A DNA stretch of 64,000 bases from Acidobacteriota bacterium (GTDB lineage Bacteria > Acidobacteriota > Holophagae > Thermotomaculales > Thermotomaculaceae): positions 25,419 through 89,418 of the forward strand of contig JAADJC010000061.1 of NCBI GenBank assembly GCA_013151025.1, read 5' to 3'. The notes beneath the pieces are model-generated. The model saw nothing but the letters and a program-made list of their open reading frames with translations. It had not been told where the DNA came from and made no database searches. Of this stretch, positions 9,888 to 17,623 are shown in pieces. The first letter of the stretch is position 1. The number at the start of each line of letters is the position of its first letter. The translations under genes were made by a program, and so were the position numbers.

Positions 9888-10820
9888 ATGGAAAAGAAAG
9901 CCCCCCGTGTCGCCTATGGTGAAACACTTCTGGAACTGGGAAAGGAAAATCCGGATATTGTCGTTCTGGATGCCGACCTCTCCGGTTCTACCAAAACCGC
10001 CTTATTCGCGAAAGAATTTCCGGATCGTTTTTTCAACATGGGAATCGCCGAACAAAACATGATTACCACCGCTGCCGGTCTGGCAACTGTGGGGAAAATT
10101 CCCTTTGCCAGTTCCTTTGCCATCTTCGCTACCGGCAGGGCATGGGAAATGGTCCGACAGGCCGTCTGCCTCGGCAACAAAAACGTTAAAATTGTAGCCA
10201 CCCATGCCGGCCTCACTGTGGGAGAAGACGGAGCTACCCACCAGGCACTGGAAGACATCGCCGTCACCCGGGTACTGCCCCATCTGACAGTCATTGTCCC
10301 CGCAGATTACTACGAAACCGGGAAAGCCATCCGCTTTGCCGCGTCATATAATGGCCCCGTTTACGTGCGGCTTCCCCGATCCGCCACACCGGTTATCTTT
10401 GACGAAACATATGAATTCATTCATGGCAAAGCACGAATTCTGCAAAAAGGAAGTGACGTGTCTATCTTTGCCTGTGGTGTCATGGTAGCAGAAGCCCTGG
10501 CAGCCACTGAATTTCTAAAAAAAGATGGAATTGAAGCCGAAGTAATCAATGTATCCACATTGAAACCGCTGGACACCGAGACCATTCTTAAATCGGTCGC
10601 AAAAACAGGTCATGCAGTCACAGTGGAAGAACACAACATCATCGGTGGTCTGGGTTCGGCTGTGGCGGAAACCCTCTGCGAAGGAGGCCCTGTCCCACTT
10701 CATCGAATCGGTGTAAAAGAAAAATTCGGTCGTTCTGGTAAAGCGGATGACCTGCTGAAAGCATACGGCCTGACGGCTGCAAATATAGCAAAGGAGACAG
10801 GTTCCTTTTTAAACTCATGA
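9888..10820 (+). CDS. Transketolase, C-terminal (pyrimidine-binding) subunit
   Basis: FNMGIAEQNM, THAGLTVGEDGATHQ and STLKPLD motifs. Confidence 0.9.
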   Translation: MEKKAPRVAYGETLLELGKENPDIVVLDADLSGSTKTALFAKEFPDRFFNMGIAEQNMITTAAGLATVGKIPFASSFAIFATGRAWEMVRQAVCLGNKNVKIVATHAGLTVGEDGATHQALEDIAVTRVLPHLTVIVPADYYETGKAIRFAASYNGPVYVRLPRSATPVIFDETYEFIHGKARILQKGSDVSIFACGVMVAEALAATEFLKKDGIEAEVINVSTLKPLDTETILKSVAKTGHAVTVEEHNIIGGLGSAVAETLCEGGPVPLHRIGVKEKFGRSGKADDLLKAYGLTAANIAKETGSFLNS

Positions 10821-11479
10821 TACATTTTTTTCATGTGAGCAAAGTTTACGAAAAGGGAAATCGAGCCCTCCATGAAGTCAATGTTTCCATTGGCAAGGGA
10901 GAGTTTGTCTTCCTGACCGGCCCCAGTGGCGCCGGCAAGACCACTTTTCTTAAACTCATTTTTCGGGAAGAACTCCCTTCCTATGGCCGGGTTGTGGCAA
11001 ATAACCAAAATACCATCGCACTGGGGAAACGCCGGATTCCCGATTTCAGAAAGAAAATCGGCGTCGTTTTCCAGGATTTCAAGCTCCTGGAAAACCGAAC
11101 CGTCTTTGAAAATATCGTTTTCATCTTGAATGTATTGGGGTATCCCGCATCTTTCCTACGGGACCGCGCCTTCTATGTCCTGAAACTTGTGGGCCTCCAA
11201 CACCGGTACGATGACTACCCCCGCCAGCTCTCCGGCGGAGAACAGCAACGAATTGCCATTGCCCGGGCCCTGGTCAATGAACCCCTCATTCTCCTGGCGG
11301 ATGAACCTACAGGAAATCTGGACCCCGATCTGTCCCTGGAAATTATGGCATTGTTTGAAAAAATCAACAGCCGGGGCACCACCGTTCTCATTGCCACCCA
11401 TGACCGGGAGATGATTAAACAGATGCGAAAACGAACCCTCTATCTGGATCATGGGCACCTTCAGGAGCACAGAAAATGA
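10817..11479 (+). CDS. ftsE: Cell division ABC ATPase FtsE
   Basis: Walker [10 protein letters not shown], signature LSGGEQQR, Walker [12 protein letters not shown]. 4-nt overlaps on both sides. Confidence 0.9.
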   Translation: MIHFFHVSKVYEKGNRALHEVNVSIGKGEFVFLTGPSGAGKTTFLKLIFREELPSYGRVVANNQNTIALGKRRIPDFRKKIGVVFQDFKLLENRTVFENIVFILNVLGYPASFLRDRAFYVLKLVGLQHRYDDYPRQLSGGEQQRIAIARALVNEPLILLADEPTGNLDPDLSLEIMALFEKINSRGTTVLIATHDREMIKQMRKRTLYLDHGHLQEHRK

Positions 11480-12363
11480 AACTATTTATTGATTTCGGAT
11501 TCTACATCCGGGAAGGCTGGGCCAACTTTACCCGTTCCAGAATGCTCAGTCTTTTTTCCATTCTCATCATCTCCATATCCATTGCAATCATCACATTGTT
11601 TTCCACAGTTTTTTTTAACGTGGATAACTACCTGAGAGAAATGGAAAACAACCCGGTGTATTCCATCTTTCTGACGCCGGACACCTCCGCCAAAGAAGGA
11701 AAAGACCTCGCCCTATACCTGGAAACATTGAAAGGCATATCTGATGTAAAACTGGTAATGCCTGACGAGAGCATGAAAAAACTTGCCCGCCGGTTCCCCC
11801 TTGCCGGAGAAATCCAGAAAACCTTAGAGGGAAATCCCCTCCCCATCAGCATCCGCCTTCGAATTGCCACACCCAGCGTTATCAAGGTGCGACAGGTGTT
11901 GAAACAATACAGTATCGTGGAAAGTATCTACTCCCCCCATTTCTTTCTCTCCCAGTTGAAATCATTATCTTCTGCCGTATCATTCTTCATTGCTCTCATC
12001 GCTGCCATACTGGTACTTGCCTCCGTTTTTACAATCTACAACGTAATTCGCATCACAATCCTCGCCCGTCAAAACGACATCGCAATCATGCAGCTTGTGG
12101 GTGCGGATATGAAATTCATCCGGGCACCATTCACTGTGGAAGGCACCCTCCAGGGCCTCTCCGGCGGCATACTCGGCGCCCTCTTCGGCAGCGGCCTCAT
12201 TTACATTATCAGGACCCACTATCTGGTCCATTTTCAGTATCTCCCTTTCCTGTCCCGTATCACCTCTCTGCCGCCCTCATACTTCGTCGGCATCATTCTC
12301 CTCTCCGTTGCCATGGGCATCTTCGGCAGTACTATGGCCGCCTCCCGCATCGACTACGTCTGA
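11476..12363 (+). CDS. ftsX: Cell division permease-like protein FtsX
   Basis: Follows ftsE. Four-TM FtsX topology with a periplasmic loop, and MQLVGA near TM2. Confidence 0.85.
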   Translation: MKLFIDFGFYIREGWANFTRSRMLSLFSILIISISIAIITLFSTVFFNVDNYLREMENNPVYSIFLTPDTSAKEGKDLALYLETLKGISDVKLVMPDESMKKLARRFPLAGEIQKTLEGNPLPISIRLRIATPSVIKVRQVLKQYSIVESIYSPHFFLSQLKSLSSAVSFFIALIAAILVLASVFTIYNVIRITILARQNDIAIMQLVGADMKFIRAPFTVEGTLQGLSGGILGALFGSGLIYIIRTHYLVHFQYLPFLSRITSLPPSYFVGIILLSVAMGIFGSTMAASRIDYV

Positions 12364-12410
12364 CGGCGCGTTGCGCCGAGTGTTGAATGTTAAATGTTAA
12401 ATGTTAAATG
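12364..12410 (+). repeat. Gene-end hairpin plus tandem heptads
   Basis: CGGCGC-GTT-GCGCCG starts on the nucleotide after the ftsX stop. It is followed by GTGTTGA then AATGTTA x3. Confidence 0.8.
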
Positions 12411-12543
12411 AAAGACAAATCAGAGACAGGGAACCAGAATTGAAGATTGCCGCTTTTCACTTTCCTTTTCCTTCTCCTCTCCCCCATTCATCACTTAACA
12501 CTCAAAATTTTACACTCGATGCTGCGCATTGTCCTGTCGTCCC

Positions 12544-12569
12544 TCAATTCGATTCGGAAATCGAATTGA
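12544..12569 (+). repeat. 11-bp perfect hairpin, copy 1 (TCAATTCGATT-CGGA-AATCGAATTGA)
   Basis: Paralogous to 34717-34742 with two compensatory base-pair changes. The CCC flank upstream and the A-run downstream are conserved. Confidence 0.8.
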
Positions 12570-12572
12570 AAA

Positions 12573-12598
12573 AATCAGGGACTTGGCCATTCCCCGCC
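12573..12598 (+). repeat. AATCAGGGA-loop-TCCCCGCC module
   Basis: AATCAGGGACTTGGCCATTCCCCGCC, near-identical to 53644-53667. Confidence 0.75.
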
Positions 12599-12605
12599 TT
12601 TTGAA

Positions 12606-12646
12606 CCATCCACCATTTACGATTCACTATCCACAAAGGCTATGCC
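12606..12646 (-). repeat. Heptad array (CCATCCA CCATTTA CGATTCA CTATCCA) plus weak GGC-TAT-GCC hairpin
   Basis: Paralogous to 53691-53726, which has 3 heptads. Inverted relative to the 12364-12410 unit. Confidence 0.6.
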
Positions 12647-12763
12647 ACCATCCCCATCACCCTTTCCAAGTCCAGGATTTTCCGTTACAATTGATTTATG
12701 AAATCATGCCAGCCAGCCGGAGACACGACATCATCGTGTTCAGCCCGGTAGTAGGAGGAATCA

Positions 12764-14761
12764 ATGAAGTGTCCGAGATGTCAGGGAACAATTACGGAAC
12801 GTTGTGGTCAGTGTCCCCATTGCGGTGCCGTATTCAGCAAGGAATCATCCGAGAGAATCTCACTCTATTTTGACGTAAAGGAACAGCTCACCTATCTGGA
12901 TACGCTGAAGTCCTATCTCGACACGTCGCTTACCACCCTCTCCGGGAGTCTCAGCCGGATTGAAGTGCTGGTAACAGATTCCATGAATGAAAAAGTCCCG
13001 GAAACCACAGGCAAGTCGGTGGCGGATACTCCGGAAACAAGCCCCGATTCAAACCTGGCAACTGAATTCGCGGACAAACTTCCCACAGAGTTTTATCCCC
13101 ACGAAACCAAAACCGATCAACCCGCCTCTGTAACAGCTCCCACTGAAACTGCCGGCATCGGGGAAGGTGAATTTCGTTTCGGTCAGAAATGGCTCCTCAT
13201 CATCGGCATCATTACCATGGTATTTGCCGTGGGGTATTTTCTGAAATATTCGTTCACAAAGGGATGGGTGGGTCCTGCAGGAAGAATCGGCCTCTCTTAC
13301 TTCTGGGGCATGGCTTTTCTTGGCCTCGGAGAATGGTTCCGCAAAAAGGAATTCCGCAGTTTCGGACTGTCCCTCGCTGGAGGCGGTATCGCGGTCCTCT
13401 ACTTTTCCACTTTTGCCGGTTTTCAACTCTATCACCTGATTCCCATGTGGCTCTCCTTTTCAATCATGATCCTTATCACGGTCTTTTCATGTGTGCTGGC
13501 AGTTGTGTATGATGCCAAATGGCTCGCCGCATTGGGTACACTGGGTGGATTTCTGACACCACTTTTCCTTTCCAACAACCAACCCAACCAGATTGCCCTT
13601 ATGAGTTACATGACCATTCTCAACCTGGGTATACTGGCACTGGCCACAAGAAAAAGCTGGCGTATACTGGAATCACTGGGATTCGTGTTTACATGGCTTC
13701 TGTACACATCGTGGTATGCCGTCTACTACAAAATGACTGTATTCTGGCCTTCTCTTATTTTCCTCATGGTCTTTTTTCTCATCTATGCCGTTCTCCCCGT
13801 TGCAGCAACCCTCTATCGGAAAGAAGCCCGGTCCCTTGGCGGAATGTGGTTTGCCGCTCCCAACGCCCTCATCGCCTTCGGTTTTGCGTTCGGCCTTGTG
13901 GCGGACCGGTACAGTACCCCCTACGTCGCCATTGTTACCCTGTTTATTGCCGTGGTATTCCTCACCCTTTCCAGCTGGCTTTCAGAACACGAATCCGTGG
14001 ATGGCCCTGCATTCTGGTACCTGATCGCCAACGCCGTATTTTTTCTGGTCCTCACGGTTCCCATCCTTTTCTCCTCAAACTGGATTACAATTTTCTGGGC
14101 ACTGGAAGCAGCTCTCCTCCTCTGGATGGGCCTGAAACTGGACAGAAAATGGATGGCAGTCACCGGCATTGTGCTGGCCATTCTTGTTACCGGCAAATTC
14201 TTTCTTTACGACTATCCCGTTGTCTTTCGGTTGGGCAGAAAGTGGTCCTATTTCAAGGTTCCGTACACCCGGGATATCCTTGAACGTTTACTGACCAGTG
14301 CCGCACTCCTTGGCTCGTTATACTGGGCGGGCCGAAAACTCCGCGCCACAGTCGGCGCCACATGGAACAGACTGGGCAGCCTGTTTACCGGCATCTTCGC
14401 CGCCTCTCTCTTTTTAATACTGACTATTGAAACTGCCGCATTTTTCTATCAGCATGCTTCCGTGGCCCGGTTCGCATCTATCTCCGTACTCTGGGCTGTT
14501 TTTGCTTCTATCCTCATGATACAGGGTTTCCGGCAGGAAAACAGCGCAATGCGCAAAACAGCCATCGGCATCTTTCTCGTCACCCTCTTCAAGGTGTTTT
14601 TCATGGACATCTCCCATTTCAGCACACCCTACCGTATTCTTTCCTTTATGGTTCTGGGCCTGCTCCTCATCGGTTCTTCCTGGCTCTACCATCGCTTCAA
14701 TGAAAAGTCGTCGCGGGAAAATCAAACCATGGGAAATGGAGACTCAGATGAACCGGCGTAG
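12764..14761 (+). CDS. DUF2339-like polytopic membrane protein with N-terminal zinc-ribbon
   Basis: CPRC...CPHC ribbon, a coiled/low-complexity linker, then more than 15 predicted TM helices. The family assignment is from memory of that architecture. Confidence 0.7.
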   Translation: MKCPRCQGTITERCGQCPHCGAVFSKESSERISLYFDVKEQLTYLDTLKSYLDTSLTTLSGSLSRIEVLVTDSMNEKVPETTGKSVADTPETSPDSNLATEFADKLPTEFYPHETKTDQPASVTAPTETAGIGEGEFRFGQKWLLIIGIITMVFAVGYFLKYSFTKGWVGPAGRIGLSYFWGMAFLGLGEWFRKKEFRSFGLSLAGGGIAVLYFSTFAGFQLYHLIPMWLSFSIMILITVFSCVLAVVYDAKWLAALGTLGGFLTPLFLSNNQPNQIALMSYMTILNLGILALATRKSWRILESLGFVFTWLLYTSWYAVYYKMTVFWPSLIFLMVFFLIYAVLPVAATLYRKEARSLGGMWFAAPNALIAFGFAFGLVADRYSTPYVAIVTLFIAVVFLTLSSWLSEHESVDGPAFWYLIANAVFFLVLTVPILFSSNWITIFWALEAALLLWMGLKLDRKWMAVTGIVLAILVTGKFFLYDYPVVFRLGRKWSYFKVPYTRDILERLLTSAALLGSLYWAGRKLRATVGATWNRLGSLFTGIFAASLFLILTIETAAFFYQHASVARFASISVLWAVFASILMIQGFRQENSAMRKTAIGIFLVTLFKVFFMDISHFSTPYRILSFMVLGLLLIGSSWLYHRFNEKSSRENQTMGNGDSDEPA

Positions 14762-16079
14762 CTTCATTGTTCCAATACTTCTGGTTCTCAGCTCCATGGC
14801 AATGAGCGCTGATCCATTGAAACCGGAGAATTTTCAGTACTCCAGAACACTTCAGGGGCCGCTAAAGCCCGGAAAGGTTTACAAAGTCGCACTCCCGGGA
14901 GAAGTGCTGGACCATACCGCCATTGACCAAAGGGATGTCCGTATCTTTTCCCCGAAAGATTCCCTGATCCCGTTCACAATTCTGAAAGAACACCGGCCTG
15001 CGATTCCCCGGACCCAGTACAAATTGAACATTCGTGACTTTTCCACGGCAAAAGGCAGCACCACCATGGTACTGGCGGTTCCTGAAGATGCCGAAGCGAT
15101 TCGCATGCTCTACTTTTCCACCCCCAACCGCAACTTCAAAAAATCAATTTCAATCAGCAGCAGCAACGACAAGAACACCTGGACTCCCCTTGTCAACGAG
15201 AGCCTGTTCGATTTCAGCCGGAATGTGGATCTCCGCAAGACATCCGTTTCCTTTGAACCGGTACAATGCCGATGGTTTAAAGTTGTGCTGAAAGACGTCG
15301 ACTTCCCCCCGGAAAACGAAGCTGTTCAACTGAAATACAAGGATCTGGAATTCTCCACCACCGGCAAATCAGCCGTCCCATTCAGAATCAATTCCGTCAC
15401 AGCTTCCACCAGGGCCAAAAACACAAAAACGAATACCACCGACACCATGGAATTGAAGAACTTCACCACCACGACTGATTCCAGGGACAACACCGTGATT
15501 TCATTTTCAACCGGAATTCCGATTTCCAGCATATCCATCGTGACAACCACCCCTGCTTTCTACCGGACTGTGTCATTGAAGGGAGAACAGGTTATACTGG
15601 ACCGCCACGACGTCTCACTGGCCAGTGGCACATTCTACAAATTTTCACTGGGCCCCCGAACCGAACAGCAGTTGAAACTCTCAGCTCGTCCCTCCGACAC
15701 CGGCAACTACAAACTGACCATCTTCAACGGCGACAACACACCGCTTACCATTACCGCACTCCAATTGAACTGGGTTCGAAGGAACCTCTTTCTCGTTCCG
15801 GAACTCGGAACCCTGCAAAGCGCCACCCTCTGCTACGGCAATCCCAAAGTGGCAAAACCTCATTTTGACGTGGCACGCTTTATCCGCCAGGACAACTGGG
15901 AACAGCACAACGCCACAACAATTGAACCGGAGTCATCGGTCAAGAACACTGCCTTCCAACAGGCAGAAAAACCCTGGACCCCGGAATTCTCCCGTATCGC
16001 GCTGCGCCTCCTCGTATTGATGATTGTCGCCGTGCTGGGCATCTGGCTCTACCGCCTGTTAAGTAGAAGACAAGGTTGA
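14748..16079 (+). CDS. DUF3999-like secreted protein with C-terminal membrane anchor
   Basis: Start chosen at ATG 14748 (GGAGA SD), giving a signal peptide MNRRSFIVPILLVLSSMAMSA. C-terminal TM IALRLLVLMIVAVLGIWLY. 14-nt overlap with the DUF2339-like gene. Confidence 0.55.
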   Translation: MNRRSFIVPILLVLSSMAMSADPLKPENFQYSRTLQGPLKPGKVYKVALPGEVLDHTAIDQRDVRIFSPKDSLIPFTILKEHRPAIPRTQYKLNIRDFSTAKGSTTMVLAVPEDAEAIRMLYFSTPNRNFKKSISISSSNDKNTWTPLVNESLFDFSRNVDLRKTSVSFEPVQCRWFKVVLKDVDFPPENEAVQLKYKDLEFSTTGKSAVPFRINSVTASTRAKNTKTNTTDTMELKNFTTTTDSRDNTVISFSTGIPISSISIVTTTPAFYRTVSLKGEQVILDRHDVSLASGTFYKFSLGPRTEQQLKLSARPSDTGNYKLTIFNGDNTPLTITALQLNWVRRNLFLVPELGTLQSATLCYGNPKVAKPHFDVARFIRQDNWEQHNATTIEPESSVKNTAFQQAEKPWTPEFSRIALRLLVLMIVAVLGIWLYRLLSRRQG

Positions 16080-16131
16080 GGTTGAGTGCCGGGAAAGATG
16101 TGAAAAAGCAGGGAACTTGTCATTCCCCACC
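16072..16131 (+). repeat. AAGGTTGAG(GTTGAG)T module fused to a GGGAA-CTTGTCA-TTCCC hairpin module
   Basis: Tandem GGTTGA x2 contains the TGA stop of the preceding gene. Homologous to 18823-18863 and to the reverse complement of 53581-53613. Confidence 0.7.
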
Positions 16132-16215
16132 TTTCGGAAAGCGGGATACAGGCACCTGGGAAGTTGCCAGTCCCCGCTTTCCGAGTTCCAAACTATCCAC
16201 GGCGCCTTTGCCGCC

Positions 16216-17529
16216 TTAGTAATTCCAGAGGAGAACACCGTAGTTGCCCACTGCGATCCACCGGGGGCCATAGATATCTGCTGCCACCGGATATCCCCTG
16301 TCCGCCACAGGGCCATCATCAATGAGATAACCTGTTGCGGCGTTGTAATGGTAGGTGGAGTAGCTGGTGCATACAATGAAGTTCCCTTCCTCAGACATTT
16401 TTGCTGTGAGAAAGTCCCCCAGCCCCATGCCGTCGTACTGAAAAATGTTGTTCAGAAAAATGCCGTCGGTACCCACCGCGATCCAGTCTCCGCTATCATT
16501 GATATCCACCACAACCATTTCCCCCGGTGCAGTGACAGGGTTGAAGCTCTGGTCATCGTTGTAGATGAGGTAATCATCCCCGGATGCCACATAGTCGGTG
16601 TAGTTGTTAATGGCGCAACTGTGATAGACAGCGGCGGCCTTGAGAACCTTTTTCCGTGTTTTGTGAGTCTGAAACCATGCCTTATACTGGCGATTTACAG
16701 TGTATTTCGCATTTTTCGGAGTTTGGGGAACCACAACCGGCACATCGCTTCCCGCAACGTTCACAGTCTTTGCACTTGCTTTTCTTGCCAACTTCGGGGT
16801 AATGTTCTTGGTCCCATTGGTCAGGCCGAGAAGGGTGTTGATTCCCCCGGTTGCGACAAAATCTCCATACCCGTTGATGTCGGTCCATACCGAATCGTTG
16901 GACACGGAAACCGGATCATAACTGGTCAACTGAACCACATTCTGGTCATCAATGTATCCGTAGAGAACCTGAAGGGAACCGGCCGCCACAAATTCATCAT
17001 ATTCGTTGAGGGAGCAGTGGGAAAATTCCCCGACATTATTTACATAGTCCAGAAAAAGCGGTTCAGTCGCCCCGGAACCGATATACACGCCGTCCTCGGA
17101 AGAAACCAGCCAGGTATCGTTGCTGTTGATTGCAACCGAGATGAATGTGCCATTCACATTGTCATAAACCTTTGTCAATGCCCCGCTGATGTCCCCGAAG
17201 TAGATTCCGTTTTCAAACGCCGCAATGAAATTGCCGTTGTCATTCAACGCGATTGCGCGGTCTGAATCCACAGAACCGGTGTTCATTGGGATTATGTTGA
17301 AATCCACCTGGTTTCCACTGCCAAAGGCAATGCCCTGGCTCCCCGTTGCTACCCATTCGCCATAACTGTCAATTGAAGCCCCGACATATGCCGAACCGTT
17401 CGACACGTCCCCGATCAAGTCATCATCTCCGATGTTGAGACCTACGTCCACGTAGCTGTTCGAAGAACAGGACAGTTGCAAGATTGTAAGAATCGCCGCA
17501 AACCCCATCAGAATGAATACTTTTTTCAT
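16216..17529 (-). CDS. Lipoprotein with ~9 degenerate beta-propeller-like repeats
   Basis: ATG 17529 has a GGGAGG SD. Lipobox LQLSC. Recurrent motif D/N-x-x-G-x-W/F-V/I-A-x-G-x-x-G-I (GEWVATGSQGIAFG, GDWIAVGTDGIFL, PRWIAVGNYGVLLW, etc.). Confidence 0.7.
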   Translation of the reverse strand: MKKVFILMGFAAILTILQLSCSSNSYVDVGLNIGDDDLIGDVSNGSAYVGASIDSYGEWVATGSQGIAFGSGNQVDFNIIPMNTGSVDSDRAIALNDNGNFIAAFENGIYFGDISGALTKVYDNVNGTFISVAINSNDTWLVSSEDGVYIGSGATEPLFLDYVNNVGEFSHCSLNEYDEFVAAGSLQVLYGYIDDQNVVQLTSYDPVSVSNDSVWTDINGYGDFVATGGINTLLGLTNGTKNITPKLARKASAKTVNVAGSDVPVVVPQTPKNAKYTVNRQYKAWFQTHKTRKKVLKAAAVYHSCAINNYTDYVASGDDYLIYNDDQSFNPVTAPGEMVVVDINDSGDWIAVGTDGIFLNNIFQYDGMGLGDFLTAKMSEEGNFIVCTSYSTYHYNAATGYLIDDGPVADRGYPVAADIYGPRWIAVGNYGVLLWNY

Positions 17530-17565
17530 GTTCCCTCCCTTAATCCTGTATTTCAATAAATTATT

Positions 17566-17594
17566 TTGCAATATCCGTTCCATGAAACTATACT
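17566..17594 (+). promoter_or_regulatory. Candidate sigma70-type promoter
   Basis: TTGCAA-N17-TATACT, 30 nt upstream of ATG 17624, with a GAGGTGAG SD in between. Confidence 0.45.
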
Positions 17595-17623
17595 ACATCA
17601 TGAAATCTGGTTTGAGGTGAGAT

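Noticed and set aside
12401-12873. ORFs 12401-12604 and 12529-12873 in the ftsX/DUF2339 spacer
   Set aside because: They run through repeat modules (hairpins, heptad arrays) and give low-complexity translations with no SD. The second only continues into the real gene out of frame.
13519-14283. 254-codon alternative-frame ORF inside the DUF2339-like gene
   Set aside because: It is on the same strand in a different frame, with an Arg/Pro/Cys-rich product. The main frame encodes coherent TM helices.
16117-17265. 382-codon ORF on the plus strand
   Set aside because: It lies entirely antisense to the repeat lipoprotein gene. It has a TTG start inside a repeat module, no SD, and low-complexity Cys/His/Val-rich translation. 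It is a shadow frame caused by the codon pattern of the sense gene.
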